DNA of 64,000 nt, taken from Kondoa subrosea (lineage: Eukaryota). The notes beneath the pieces are model-generated. The model worked only from the letters and a program-made list of their open reading frames with translations, ran no database searches and had not been told where the DNA came from. Below are positions 28,485 to 40,875 of this stretch, one piece after another. Position numbers and translations under genes: made by a program. The stretch spans positions 1,271,946 through 1,335,945 of the forward strand of contig BCIN01000005.1 of assembly GCA_039545335.1 (NCBI GenBank), written 5' to 3'. Positions within the stretch are counted from its first letter, which is position 1; each line of letters begins with the position of its first letter.

Positions 28485-29104
28485 ATGGGAGTACGTCCAG
28501 CTGAATGTCGCTGTTCGAATGCCTTGTGTTGATTTTCGCATCATGGTGCTTTCAGGGAGGGTGGGTCAGGAGATCTACTCAAGCAGGCTGTTTGCTGATT
28601 GGCTTTCTGTCTTCCACAGAAACGGAGCGAAATCTAAGCAAGCGAGAGAAGTCAGTGCTGCGATTCATTCGACTTTGAAGATTTTCGTTTTATTGAAGCC
28701 CAAAATGTAGAGAAACGCAAAAGCAGCTGCAGGAGGACCAAAGTCACAATTAAAGCAGAATGAGGCTGCGATGACTATCAAGTGCAAGATTTGCATGCAG
28801 ACCTTCCAGTCAGTCCATATTACTCATGTTCTGCTTGACGTTAGTACTGATACTCTGCCATAGGGGAACGTGAGTCTGATTCTGATTCGCTCATAGGGAC
28901 ACGCTAAAGCTGTCCACCCTAGCGCTGGTCAAAAGATGTAAGTTGAATCTGACTTTGAGCATTGCCGAACTCATGCTGTTCTAGCTTGGAGCAACACGCA
29001 GACAACAAGCACAGCAAGTGAGTAAACATATATGTGAACAACGGCTGGTGCTGATATCCCGCAGAAATGTGCCGGATTGCTTCCCAGATTTCGTTGCTGC
29101 ATGA
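28485..29104 (+). CDS. Small ZNF706/At2g23090-like zinc-binding protein (77 aa, 8 exons)
   Basis: Coding exons of 6, 5, 31, 98, 6, 15, 33 and 40 nt splice to MGGGNGAKSKQARERNAKAAAGGPKSQLKQNEAAMTIKCKICMQTFQGTAGQKILEQHADNKHSKNVPDCFPDFVAA*. Confidence 0.85.
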
Positions 29105-29397
29105 ATGAATCGGACGGCTTTCGATACCTTAGATTTGCTTTGGTGAGTTACGTCAAATGCAGGAACAGTGTTCTCATCGCTGATACTGACCTCCACAGTA
29201 CTTGTATGCTTTAGATGGGTTGCATTAGACGTTCTCGCTTGTCACAACTTTGGCTGTCAGTGTCGTTCTTCAAATTCTCGCTCTCGTCCATGTCGGTCTT
29301 TTTCTCGTTGAGCTCGACGACCTGCATGCCATTCGTGTATACGCAACCGCAACATTATCTTACAAACTGACTAATGTACAAGTCTAAAACTTCGATA

Positions 29398-32087
29398 TTA
29401 CGGCTCATTTAGCTCTGCAGCTAATCCAGTCTCTGTCTTCTGTTCTACTTTATCTCCATCATCCGATAACTGCGTCGGCAACATGACAGCACGATCGATA
29501 GCCCTATTGCAGAATGCATAAGCAGAGCCGTAGCGTATATACTCAGCGCAAAATGCTCACAGCGGTAGTGAACGAGTTCTTCCTCGAATCATTAATGCCA
29601 TCAATACCAATTTAGAAAACGTTTTGAAAGATCCGCAAAAGCTGTAGTTTGCCTTCTCAAGATCTTCAGCTCTGGAAGATCATGAACCGCAAGCGAATTG
29701 AGCTTACATAGGGTAGACCCAGTGAAAGACCGGTGTTTGCATAAGCTGACACCGCTTCCTATATCAATCAATCCGGTCAGTCTCGATATCTATCGAAATA
29801 AGAGAGAACACCTACATAAAGAACAGAGAAGACATTGAAGCTGATGAAGGTTAGTATCGCGATCCAAAAGACACTTGCAGAGAAGAAAGACTTACTATGA
29901 TTCATCGTCGTCCTGTAGATTGGTACGTTCGACAATAGTGATGATCCATGAGCAGAGAATGATATACCACATATCATCTGCCAAAAAAAACAGCATAAAG
30001 TCTGGTTGCGTCCAATATGCGACGCATCGGACGTACAAGCAAGCTGATCTTTCATATGCGTTACCTGATTCAAACACGTCGGCATACAGTCTTCTGTAAA
30101 GATAGAGTTACTCACCACATATGATTTCTGCGCGTGTAAACGTTTCGATTCTTCTTGAATCGAATGTGAATCTGAGTCATTCTCTATACCAATTGAACGT
30201 TCTTCATAGACACTATAGAATTGTCAAATCTAGTGCGCGGCTGATCTCGAGAAAGATCAAAACTTACTTTGTTGCCCTGAACGACGTGTAAAGAAAGGCA
30301 GCTTATATGAATTACTATGGAAATTTTACCGGATCACCATAGCTAGCGGAAATATTGCAAAGCTTGCTTCTAGTCAGCATCGATTCTTTGGCTAGCGGGA
30401 AATTATAGCATACTAGAGCTATTTGGATAGAGAAAAGATGAGCCCTCTCACTTCCAAGAAAGTACAGATAGACACTTACCATGAACAGGGTCAGTATATG
30501 TTCAGCTATACCAAAAGTCAAATTTGAGATCAATGTGGGAAAAGCTCAAAAGCGTACAAGGCGCGAGAGCTGAATTTGAGATTACAGTGAATCCAGACGA
30601 GCGGATAGCGATGGATTGAACGAGGCCGTCAATGACACTACATAAAAATCAGACATCCAGCTTTTACAGCATCGATGGTATGAACTTACGCTGTTCCAGG
30701 CGGTAAATCATAGATCGCGTCGACACCAATGTTGAGAACAAAGAAACAAACCCAATCGATGGCGACTAAGATGAAAGTGACGATGGCCAAAATCCAAGTC
30801 TCGTATGTCTAAGCAATTGATCAATTACCTCGTCCTTGTTAGAATTGTGGGAAATCTTACAGGATACAAGAAGTAATAGACTCGCCTGGGATGACTGAGG
30901 ATAAAGTGTAGATCGCGTCGCAGATCAGTGTAGCGTTCAGGAAGGGCACATTTTAGCAGCCAAAGATCGATTCTGAGTATAACAGGAAATAGCATATTGC
31001 CGCACAACTGAAGGAAGACAGCCGGAACAAGGAGAATGTAGGAGTCGTAGAAATTGGATAGCGAAGCATCCGTGAGAGACAAGCCAACGTTGTTGAATAA
31101 GCTGGAAATTGTGAAGAAGGAAAACCAAGTAGAGTTAAAAGTGGTAAAGTACTGTTCGGCTTTGTGATCAACTTGAACTGACAGAGTCAGAGTCAATTAC
31201 TCACTTGATCATATTTAGTTGTAGCTGCGTAGTATGGCGCAACGATCGCAAAGATGAAAAGTTCTGTACCAGGCTCTGTCCATGATTCTCTACCATAGCA
31301 AATACAAGAACGTACGAGCGCAAATCCAATAGATGAAAATAATAATGATCAAGATATCCATAGCACCCACCTCTTGCCTAGTCAACCTTACGTGTTCTTC
31401 GACGCTTACACCCTTAAATTCAGATTGTGCCCCAACCAGCTCGTTGATATCAAAGATCGGCTTCTTTTCGTCTTGTCCATCTTTATCTTTGCCCATGAGA
31501 CGTCTCTTCAAATGTCCGTGACCAAATTGCAGCAATACGGCAGCGGGATTCGTCCACGACCCTCTATCGCTAGACGGTGTCATTCTGTTGGCTGTAGGTG
31601 TGCGAGGTATCGGATCTGGAGCTGAGGATTTCCTTCTAGGTGCTTCTTCTCGTTTAGGAGGACCTTGATCATTGGGCGAAGCAAAGTCAGCTGCATCCGC
31701 CGCAGACTGTCCTTCAGGTTCCGCTCGACTCGCTCCTTCCTTTCTGTCACGGTCCAACTTGCGCAGAGCTCTTCCAAAAGAAATTCTTCTCACAACAAGC
31801 ATAAGCCAGGAAGCGCTGACTGGGTTGCCAAAAGACCACAGGAGAAGCAGCAGAACTTGCTGCCATGTTGTTAGAGGACTCAATAGGATAGTGTTGAGAC
31901 CAGTAGTTGTAAGTGCACTGCACGAGAGGAAGAGAGCATCGATGTATTTGACATCAGAACCCGACGCAAAGAAGATAGCTCCAAAGACAATGGGAACAAG
32001 TACGCCCAAGACGATGTGCCAACGATAGAATGAATTTATGCCTAAATTGCTCTTCAAGCCCTTTTGTAGCAGTTCTTTCACTTTCAT
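29398..32087 (-). CDS. Trk/HKT-family potassium transporter
   Basis: Four pore-loop Gly motifs: SALTTTGLNT, SLFNNVGLSL, RSSGF, SAYANTGLSLG; YIDALF; SKLVLMALMIRG...DRAVMLP. 3' end approximate. Confidence 0.88.
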
Positions 32088-32399
32088 CACACCGAAATTG
32101 AACGTCAGAGATTGCCAAGCATGATGATGATCTTGCAGTGTTGGTATGACAATCTAATGGCAGCGCTATCGCCTCGGATACAACACCGCAACGAGAGGAA
32201 CAGAACAACGTCGAGGAAACGGTGCAAAGTGGGCATTTGGCATTTTCGTTCTATGACCGAGCTTACGTAATAGAGCGATTGCTAGCTTGGCTGCATGGAT
32301 TGCAGTAAGCAAAATGCTGGCAATTTTAAGGTAGAGACGAGAAACGCATGATTGTCTTCAAACAGATATGGTAAACTATGGCCCATACAATTACAATTC

Positions 32400-35100
32400 T
32401 TCACTGAACTGAAATTGTAGAAGCGGGAAAGTGATGCTCAACAAACGCAGATGTGGTACCTCGCTCTTTTACATCTTTTGAACGATTTTTCAATTTACAA
32501 GGAAGACAAAGCGAGGAGAAGCATACCTATGGTTAGATGAACTTGATAAAAAGTTGACTCCCCCTTCTTGAGCACAATTTTATAGATCACTCCACTAGCG
32601 AGGCTCAGTTGATGTAGAGTAGAATTTAGAGGAACCTTGAAGCGACGTTCGTCGCCGGAGTCCCCCACTGAATCTGGCGGTGAGTAGTTAATAGCTTGAT
32701 CCCGGACGAGAAGGTGACCGTGCTCAGAAATCACAGAAAGAGTACAGTCACTCGTATTGAAGTTGTGATGAGCGGCGATGAATAGAAAAGCTGGCATTTC
32801 AGGGTCACTGTTGTCCTGTTCTACCAAATCAACTGAGGCAGTCGACTGCAGATACTTGAGCGAGGACCCATATGATAGCTTATATGACATACCCAATGCA
32901 TCAATGTCGTAATTGACTTTTTGTGAACAACGGTATGTTCCCGGGCTTCGTGGTGATGTAACGGGTGCTGGGGATCGATCGCCCCAAAGGAGAATCTCAG
33001 CCCTCCATTGGGCAGAGCGATACGCAAGTCCCCTTCCTTATAAGCCAGGGCTACGCGGTTATAGGATACGATTGGCATAGTTGTGATGATTTCGAGGAGA
33101 AAGAAGCCTGAACGAGGAATAAACGAGATTACAGACCAGGGAAGAGGAAGAGAAGAGATATGGATGCCTTAGAACGGCCGCGAACGTCTCATTCAAAAGA
33201 CAAAGGGAACTCGAGTAACGCCGAGTTCGCTCACTAACAGCTTCGTTGCAGCCTGCTCGCATGAAGTTCTTGCTGGAGTCTAGACATCGTCTGGCGAGCT
33301 ATTAACAGCATTGATCCAGCATCTCACGAGAAGGAGATGATCTGCTTACCATCAGGTCTGTCGGCCGAGGACAATCCAGTCTGTCCGTAACGATTACACC
33401 GCTGTTTGTGACCAGCTCTCCAATCTATGAAAGGCGAATGAATATTGCTGCAAATCGAAAAGAGGGAACCTACGAGCTGTTTGGCATTCCGATGAATCAT
33501 ACATACTGCATCTATCGTACTGGCAGAGCTTGAAAACTATGTCGTCCGGCTTTAATATGAGACAGTGATTACATCTACAAGAATAAAAGATAAGTGTGCC
33601 GATTCAAAAATTGGATTTTATTCGCTGACTGACATTGACTTTGGGCAGTGCGGTAGAAAGTATCTGCGCCATGACAAACAATACACACAGACAAAGTCTG
33701 TTGTCGCACGGAAGACCTCGAACATCACCGATCTCTGTTCAAGTGCTTGCAGTTTCAGACTAATAGGCTTTAGCGTTGCTGAAATTGCAAAGAAGTGATC
33801 GAATTCGATGTCATGGGTTAGAGGAACAGGTTGACCAAACACCAGAGCGAGTGCAGCGATCCAAAAGGACTTGTTTGGTCCAAGAGATCGGAGCCTTTAC
33901 CTTCTTCATCATTTTTCCGCTTTGCCCGCATAGCCAGCTTCATCAAGGCCGGCGAGAGCCTGAGGAACCAATCTCCTATGATTTCTAGCACAGAAGCTTC
34001 ACACACTTCTGGCTTACGACAGAAGAGTAGAACAAGACAGGTTATCGAATCATTGAAGGATCCTTTCACATCTTCCCATGCATCTTTTCCGTCAACTATG
34101 TCGTTCCATAGAATGAGAAAGCGTTCCGCCATCCATAGTGTGATAATGATGCCTGTCCAGATCTTCATTCATTATGTTATGAGCGCTTTTGACGGTAAAT
34201 CATTACGTACAATAATCGAAAGGCAACGCTTTGCCGAACCCAGTGTCAAACAACATCGATTTAAAGAAAAAGCTGAGATGTATGGATTGGCAGCCCTCGG
34301 TGCAGAAGCCTTCGCTACAAGCCGGTACACTCAATGTTGCCTTGACAAGAATATCTGCATGCTCGGAAACTAGAGTACGACACAGAATTATTCGTCGGAC
34401 TACATCTTCATTGCACATGTCTCCTTCAGGCCCAATCAAATTGGAGAGCGCCTGGTAAACTTTGCCATCTAGAAGTGCTTGACATATGGACTTGATATCC
34501 TCTGCTAAAGACAAGCGAAAGGAGGATGCTAGTTGACTTTGTCTCAGTGTCGGCGATAACAAATCGCACCCATCTTCAGCTCCGTGTGCTCCGGCGAAAA
34601 GCTTATGTTTCGAAGAATCGTAGATCAAGCGTTGCACCTGGTCCGACATGGAGATTTGTGCTTCCTTGAACAGAAAGAATAGCTGAGAAGACGGAAGAGC
34701 GAAATATGAGTGTGATCGAGTCTGACCCGAGCACAAGCATAAGCGGTCGCAGAGGCATAATAATCTTGCTGCCTCACGACTGACAAGAATGATGCAGTCT
34801 CAGAATAGTGACCTGTAAGCCGCAATAGGTACAGGAGAATCGATTTATCTTCAGTCAACTTGAAGGTAGAATGCTGCAGCGCAGCTTGTAAGCTTGTATT
34901 CCGGGGCGGTTTCGAAAAATCTGAAGGGAACCCGTGTGAGCAGCCTCTCAGTAGTGCAAGAAAGCTTGCTGACATCTCTCATAAGCCCAAAGTGCAAGCA
35001 AGCTCGCGATTGAGATCTTGAGAGTCGACGATTTGGAACAAGTCTCTTCATCAACCAGTAGGATGGGCTCGATTCCACGCATCACTGCATCAGTGATGTA
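32400..35100 (-). CDS. Multi-exon hypothetical protein (possibly a pseudogene) with a RING-like Cys cluster
   Basis: Chain of minus-strand exon-like ORFs separated by GT-AG introns; one splice gives VCVYCLSWRRYFLPHCPKSICNHCL...LCQYDRC. Boundaries uncertain. Confidence 0.4.
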
Positions 35101-35171
35101 AAGTGCACATGCTTTGTATTCAATCAATGACAACCCATCTAAGCCTTCCTTCCTTCTTCATTTCTACTCCC

Positions 35172-37279
35172 CTACGAGGCAAAGATACCAAAGATCTGTA
35201 CAGCCATGTCAGCCTCTTGTTGAACACATAGACGAGCAACAAACCTTGAATCTAGCCCTATCAGTCTCTTCCTTTTGCAATTCGCATACAACAAAATCTG
35301 CCAAATACAGTGAGACGAATCTACGTCGCGTGAAGATGTAAGACTCACGATTTCCCTTGGTTACACCTCTATCAACCTGAGTGACTGTAGGTTGACCGTA
35401 ATCCCTATCCCAGTTGCCTCTTAATTCCACAGCTCCCGCTTTGTTATCGTCTACCCAACACAATACTGTTCCCCATCCGTCGCTTGCAGGACCTTTGAGA
35501 TAATAGACAGCAATATCTCCTGCTCCAACTTTGATTGGAATCTTGAGCGTACTTCCTGGTGTTTCAGAATACCAATAATGTCTCTCATCTTCATCATCTG
35601 GTTTAGGCGTGACTGGATCCCAACCAGATCCCAAAAAGACAGAACTAGGAAGAGGGTTGATCAAATCGTTTGCTGAAGCGCAGTTTGGTTTGATTTCACG
35701 GAAATGTTGAATCGTATGAGGTCGATCAATGATTCTGAAGGGTGGGATTCGAGCATAAGAGTTTCCAGCTTCCTTCTTCCTGTTGTTCAAGTATCCTACT
35801 CCTCCAGGCCCGTTTTGGGATGTACCAGCATCTTCAGCATCCAATCCTGCATCGCCAGATTTTCTCAACCCTTTCCCGCCCAACAAAGAAGGTGGTGCAT
35901 CTTCGCCTCCAGCTGGAATAGCAACACCTCCAGAAGCCCCAAAGTACGCACTGCTAGCAGGTGCAACCAAGTTATCGTATTCTGCATCCCAAACCATGCA
36001 TACTTCTGATTCCAGGTAAGCGATTACTGTATCCGCGAGTAGTTCATGACCTTTAGAATTGGCAAGAATAGGGTCAAGGAAATAGCTTTGTCGAACTTTG
36101 GTTGGGTTCATGAGGTATTCTTCGTAAAGCAGGCCTTTGACACTGAGATGCGGGATATCGTAAAATTGAGCAACGGAAGCATGCCAAACTTCTGGACCCG
36201 CAAAACCGTGTTCCCCTTGGATTTGAGGTGCAAAGTGGCCTAACATAACTACTGCTGGTTGATCTGGTCGAAGTAGAAGGGATCGGATCAAAAGATCAGT
36301 TGAAGCGATAGTAGTCGTATCGCTGTGCGACAAGGTGAGTCTTTTCCCAACTGTTTAGCAATGAGAAACTCACTGAGGGTCTTCAGTATCGAATTCAACA
36401 ATGACCAAATCAACTCTGTCGGGCAAATGCATTTCACTGCAGAAACCAAAGTAACTTGTTCCAGTTCGGCGCACTGCGATGAATATTGAGTAGGGAATAC
36501 ATCAGGTCCCAATGATACGTACGAGCTCCATTAGTCAATTCGTTGGCAGGATGAGGGAAGACATCGTTCAGCCAAGAAAAGATTCTATGAGGGTAACAAT
36601 TTGGTCCAACGGGATTACCAAGAGGATGAGCAGGTGTTGCATCCAGACCATGGCAGCTCGAAACTGATCCTCCAAGGATACCGATAGCTACAAATAATCG
36701 ATTAGAACAGATTTAAAGTCAAGGTTCAAGCAGGCACGGACTGATAGGCAAACCGCTCATTGCCCTTCTGATGACTTTGCGGACTCGTTCCGAAGATCCC
36801 AAATGTGCTCTGGTACGAAGAATAGCGTCTGGTCCATACAGACTGCTCAACTCATCACCTTCGCCAAAAGTTGGGCAAAAGGTGAAAGGAGGGGGTTCTG
36901 AGAAGTTGCTGGGCGGATAAGAAGATCCTTGTATGGCTGCACGAAAGAGTAAGAGTGTGTGATTAGTCACCAGAGAAGCGCACTTACATGCCGCAGATTT
37001 CCTTCTCTTATCGTAGCGAAGATGGGAATCGGTTCTTCTACTGGCCATCGTTTTGAAGCCGAATCCAGGCAAAGTGATTTTAGAAGAGGAAGATTTGGAA
37101 GGATAGAGGAATTGGAGAAAGACAAAGACTCCTGCTAGAGCTGTAATGGTCCATAGGATTCGCTTTTTGTTGGCAGAGGATGGACCCGTTTGGCTTGTGC
37201 CTGATGATGATTGAGGCTGGCCATGAGATAGATTAGCGTATCCTGGATCGGCTGGTCTTGCTCCCGCTCGTCTGTACAT
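35172..37279 (-). CDS. CAP64/CAS3-like SGNH-hydrolase-fold capsule-associated protein
   Basis: N-terminal TM, HLGSSERVRKVIRRAMSGLPI, ILGGSVSSCHG, ELTNGA, MHLPDRVDLVIVEFD, YDIPHLSVK, CWVDDNK, IFGIFAS*. Confidence 0.8.
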
Positions 37280-37521
37280 GTTGGAAGTAGTCTTCGCGAC
37301 GTCTCAAAGACACGATGTAAAGTCGGATGCAGTAGGCCAAAGTCCTTGATCTCCTTCACAGTCGCAAGCAAGCCCAACCTCACAGCAGAGCAGTGTGGAA
37401 AGCACTGGCACTTGGTCTGACCGGAAAGATAATGGTATCGGAAGAAGGGCAAGCGAAATTTCGCTTCTCGACTATAGGGCTTTACTCACATCCGCCGCGG
37501 TGCCTGTCTGCGCTGTCCAAC

Positions 37522-40431
37522 ATGAGCAGCCCAGAGGACATTCAGCCAGCTCCAGCTCTAAGAATCAGGCCGCCAGCTTACTCTCACAGCGCACCAACTT
37601 CTCCCGTAGTATCTTCCACAAATCTTGTTGGTTTGGGGGCATTCGCTTCGTCTTCGAGCTCTTTTGGCAGGCCATTGAGCGGTAGAAATACACCGGATCC
37701 TCGCAGCAGTCCTATCCCGTCATCTCATGCCTTTCAGCGACGTCTCAAACACTATCGTCGCAAGTTAGGCATCTACCCTTCTCAACGAGGACTGCTCAAA
37801 GTCACCTTCATCATTCTCTTCCTTGTTTGCATCAAACTACTTCTCTTTGACACAAAGGTAAGCTGCCTTGTCTTTGACGCGTAGATAGAGTTTTGAAACT
37901 TGGCATGTCAATTCGCAGCCAGCAACGCCTACCGGGGAGATCGCGCATCCAGCACTGCTAGAGAGATTAGCTCTCAACAATCCTCTTACGGGCTATCAAT
38001 ATCTCGATCCTCGCAAGTACGACTTTCTTCAGCAGCGAATAGGGCGAGATGAACGGCCTGATCTCTTTCAACAAGACGTCCAAGCAGGGATTGAAGACTT
38101 CTGGGACCGTTTCCAACTTCCCTTCGCTATCAACGCGGAGACCCTGCATCTAGATGAACAGGTGCTCAAAGGCGTGGTAGAGGAATTGATGGCATTCAAC
38201 GGATGGGCAGCAGCAGCATGTTCTTCTCTAATACGACCCTTCGCAGCAAACAAGCACGATGAATACACTGATCTCACTTCGAGTGGTCAACTGTATTACT
38301 TTGCTTTGGTAGTGCACTCAGCCGATCATTTCCTTATCGATCAATTAGCAGTCATCGTTCAGCTCGCTCGTCGTCTTGGACCTACCAAGATTTTTGTTTC
38401 GCTGGTCGATTACGCTTCAACCGATTCTACTCCTTTCTTATGCGACATGTCAGAAATGGTTCTTACCCTTCTTGGCATCTCATTCCGTATTCGAAGAGTA
38501 CCACCGATGACTTCAGATCCCAATGCTTCTTACTATCCAAATGAAGAAGCTTACACTCGAAACTTGGCTTTGGAACCATTATTGGAACTCTATCATCGAA
38601 GACACCTCAAATTCGCACGCGTCATCTGGTTGAAAGGTTTCGCTTGCCCTATGGATATCTTGGAAACACTTCGAGTAGCAGATGCAAACAAAGCAGCAAT
38701 GACTTGCTCCATGGATTGGAAAGAACACAATGGCTTCTTCATCTACAACGATCGTTGGCGTACAAGAGATTTGGAAGGAAATCTGTTCCGTGGATCTAAA
38801 TCAACTTCTCCTTTAGACGAAGCACCACCTAGAGATCCAGCTGCTCTGGAAAGGTATTCTCAACATTTACCTTTCCAAGTCTTTTGCTGCGAATCAGGAG
38901 TTCATATCGTTGATCCAAGTCAAACTTACTACTCTGGTCTCAAATATCGATCATCGGTTGAAAATGGCGTCTTCAACATTACTACTGCAGGTGAAAACAA
39001 AGCTCCGAAATGGAGTGAAGGACCTTGTATGGATTCAGCGCAAATGCATTTCTGTAGGGATGTTTGGATGCTCAGTGCTAGAAAAGGAGTGGAGAAAGTC
39101 GCTACTGAAGCTAAACAACGTGAAAGGAAGGGTTTGCAAAGAGCTTTATCCGATGAATGGGAGGCCGTCATCAAAGCGGTTGTACCTCATCTAGGCATGT
39201 CTGTCACTGGACACAATGACTTTGCGTTGGGAAGAGAGAAAGCAATCCAAGATCTTACTGAAGCTGGCTTGGTCGAAGATGATGAAAGTTTTGAGTTGGA
39301 AGAGGACGAAGATGATGTATCTGGATCAGACACGAACGATAAAGCGGCGGAGCGCAAAGAGAAAGCAGAACAGAACAAAGCTGCCGATGCTGCCGCAGCT
39401 GCTCTATCTCCCGAAGAACAAGCCAAAGGTCGACCTCTAGATGATGCGGATTTGAAAGGTGAAGATGTGGATGAAAGTTCAGAGAATGGTCCTCTTGTTG
39501 AACCGGACGCCGTTGCTGCGATTGGCGAACAGCAAGCGGCAGCAGACGCTCAAGGTGTTGTTGAAGGTGATCTCAAGAAAGGCGATTTACCTCTTCGGAT
39601 ACCTGAAGGCAAACCAGTCGCTCAAGGGCAAAATGCACCAGCAGGCCAAAAGATTCCAGCAGGCCAAAATGCACCAGCAGGAAAAGCGGCGGAAAACATT
39701 CCAGCACAGGCTCCTGCAATTATTCTGGACGACGACGATGCCTCTCCTGCAGATAATGATGCACCAGCAGGTAATCTTCCAGTAGACGATTTACAAGTCG
39801 AAAATGCACCAGCCGACAGCGATGGTATTCCTGCAGCACCAATCGGCCAACCTGAAGTGGTGGATCCCAATGTTTTACGATTAGTTGATGAAGACACCGA
39901 ACGAGCAGGAGTACAAGCAGCTGCATTCCAAAAAGCTCCAGCTCCTCAGCAACGACGCAAGAGAAGCATGTCAGATGGAGACTTGATGAAGAGAGCATCT
40001 GCCATCTTACCCAATTCAGCTTTCGATGCAGCTCGAATCATTGTCAATCCTCGATGTGTGACAACTTACGCAGGCGTCAGTCATACGCAACTGGCTCTCG
40101 ATTTGTTTGGGAGTTCAGAGGATGGAGAAGCAGAAGATGAAGAAGGTGGGAAATATGCTTTGGACGACGCAGATTGGAGGAATGCCCCTGAAACCTTCGT
40201 TTGTCAAGAAGTATGTGTTTCAAACTACTGTTTTGCGTACGAGCTTATATCTTGACTTAGATGAGAACGACCGGAGGAAGAACAGCACCAAAACAGCAAA
40301 GAAGAACGGGATTCTACATGTAAGCTCTCTGTTATTCAGCTCTGTCATGATAGTAACGGATCGTTCGCAGCTCGAGAGGGTTATTAGAGGGGTGGTCGCC
40401 TACAGGGAGCGGGACTCATAAGCATACATAA
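37522..40431 (+). CDS. CAP60-like (GT69/CAP59-related) capsule-associated putative glycosyltransferase
   Basis: Type II TM, RIGRDERPDLF, DFWDRFQLPF, IFVSLVDYASTDST, RNLALEPL, DRWRTRD, PFQVFCCESG, IIVNPRCVTTY; long acidic insertion. Confidence 0.8.
39626..39679 (+). repeat. 3 x 18-bp imperfect coding tandem repeat (GQNAPA/GQKIPA)
   Basis: GGGCAAAATGCACCAGCA GGCCAAAAGATTCCAGCA GGCCAAAATGCACCAGCA. Confidence 0.85.
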
Positions 40432-40875
40432 TAGAAGCGCCGTCAAATGTATTGGTAGTCTCACCGAGTTGGAGCATAACGCGTCGGAGGTACGCATGTC
40501 TGAGAGCGTTCGGTATACAGACAGATAGAGAGAGAGCTGTTATGGAACATCATCATTCTATATGTCAGTCTGACCAATTTCAATTTGGCTCCGAAAAGGC
40601 CCAGGCGATATCTTATGTATCATTCGAGCAGTGAACAGAGAGCATGGATCGAGATCCCATAATCTTAGAGAGAGAAAATGCAGCAACATCTAATGTCTCA
40701 AAGGGGAACAGACAGAGATGGAATCCGCTCGAATGCGAGCTTGGCTGAAGACTACGAACTAAGTGTCACACACATTTACAGAGCCACATAGGAGGCCGAG
40801 TCTGTCAATACCTCGCCTCTTACTACGACACGCGGTTTCACTCCAACTTTGCTTGAATTTTGGTCAGACACAGCC

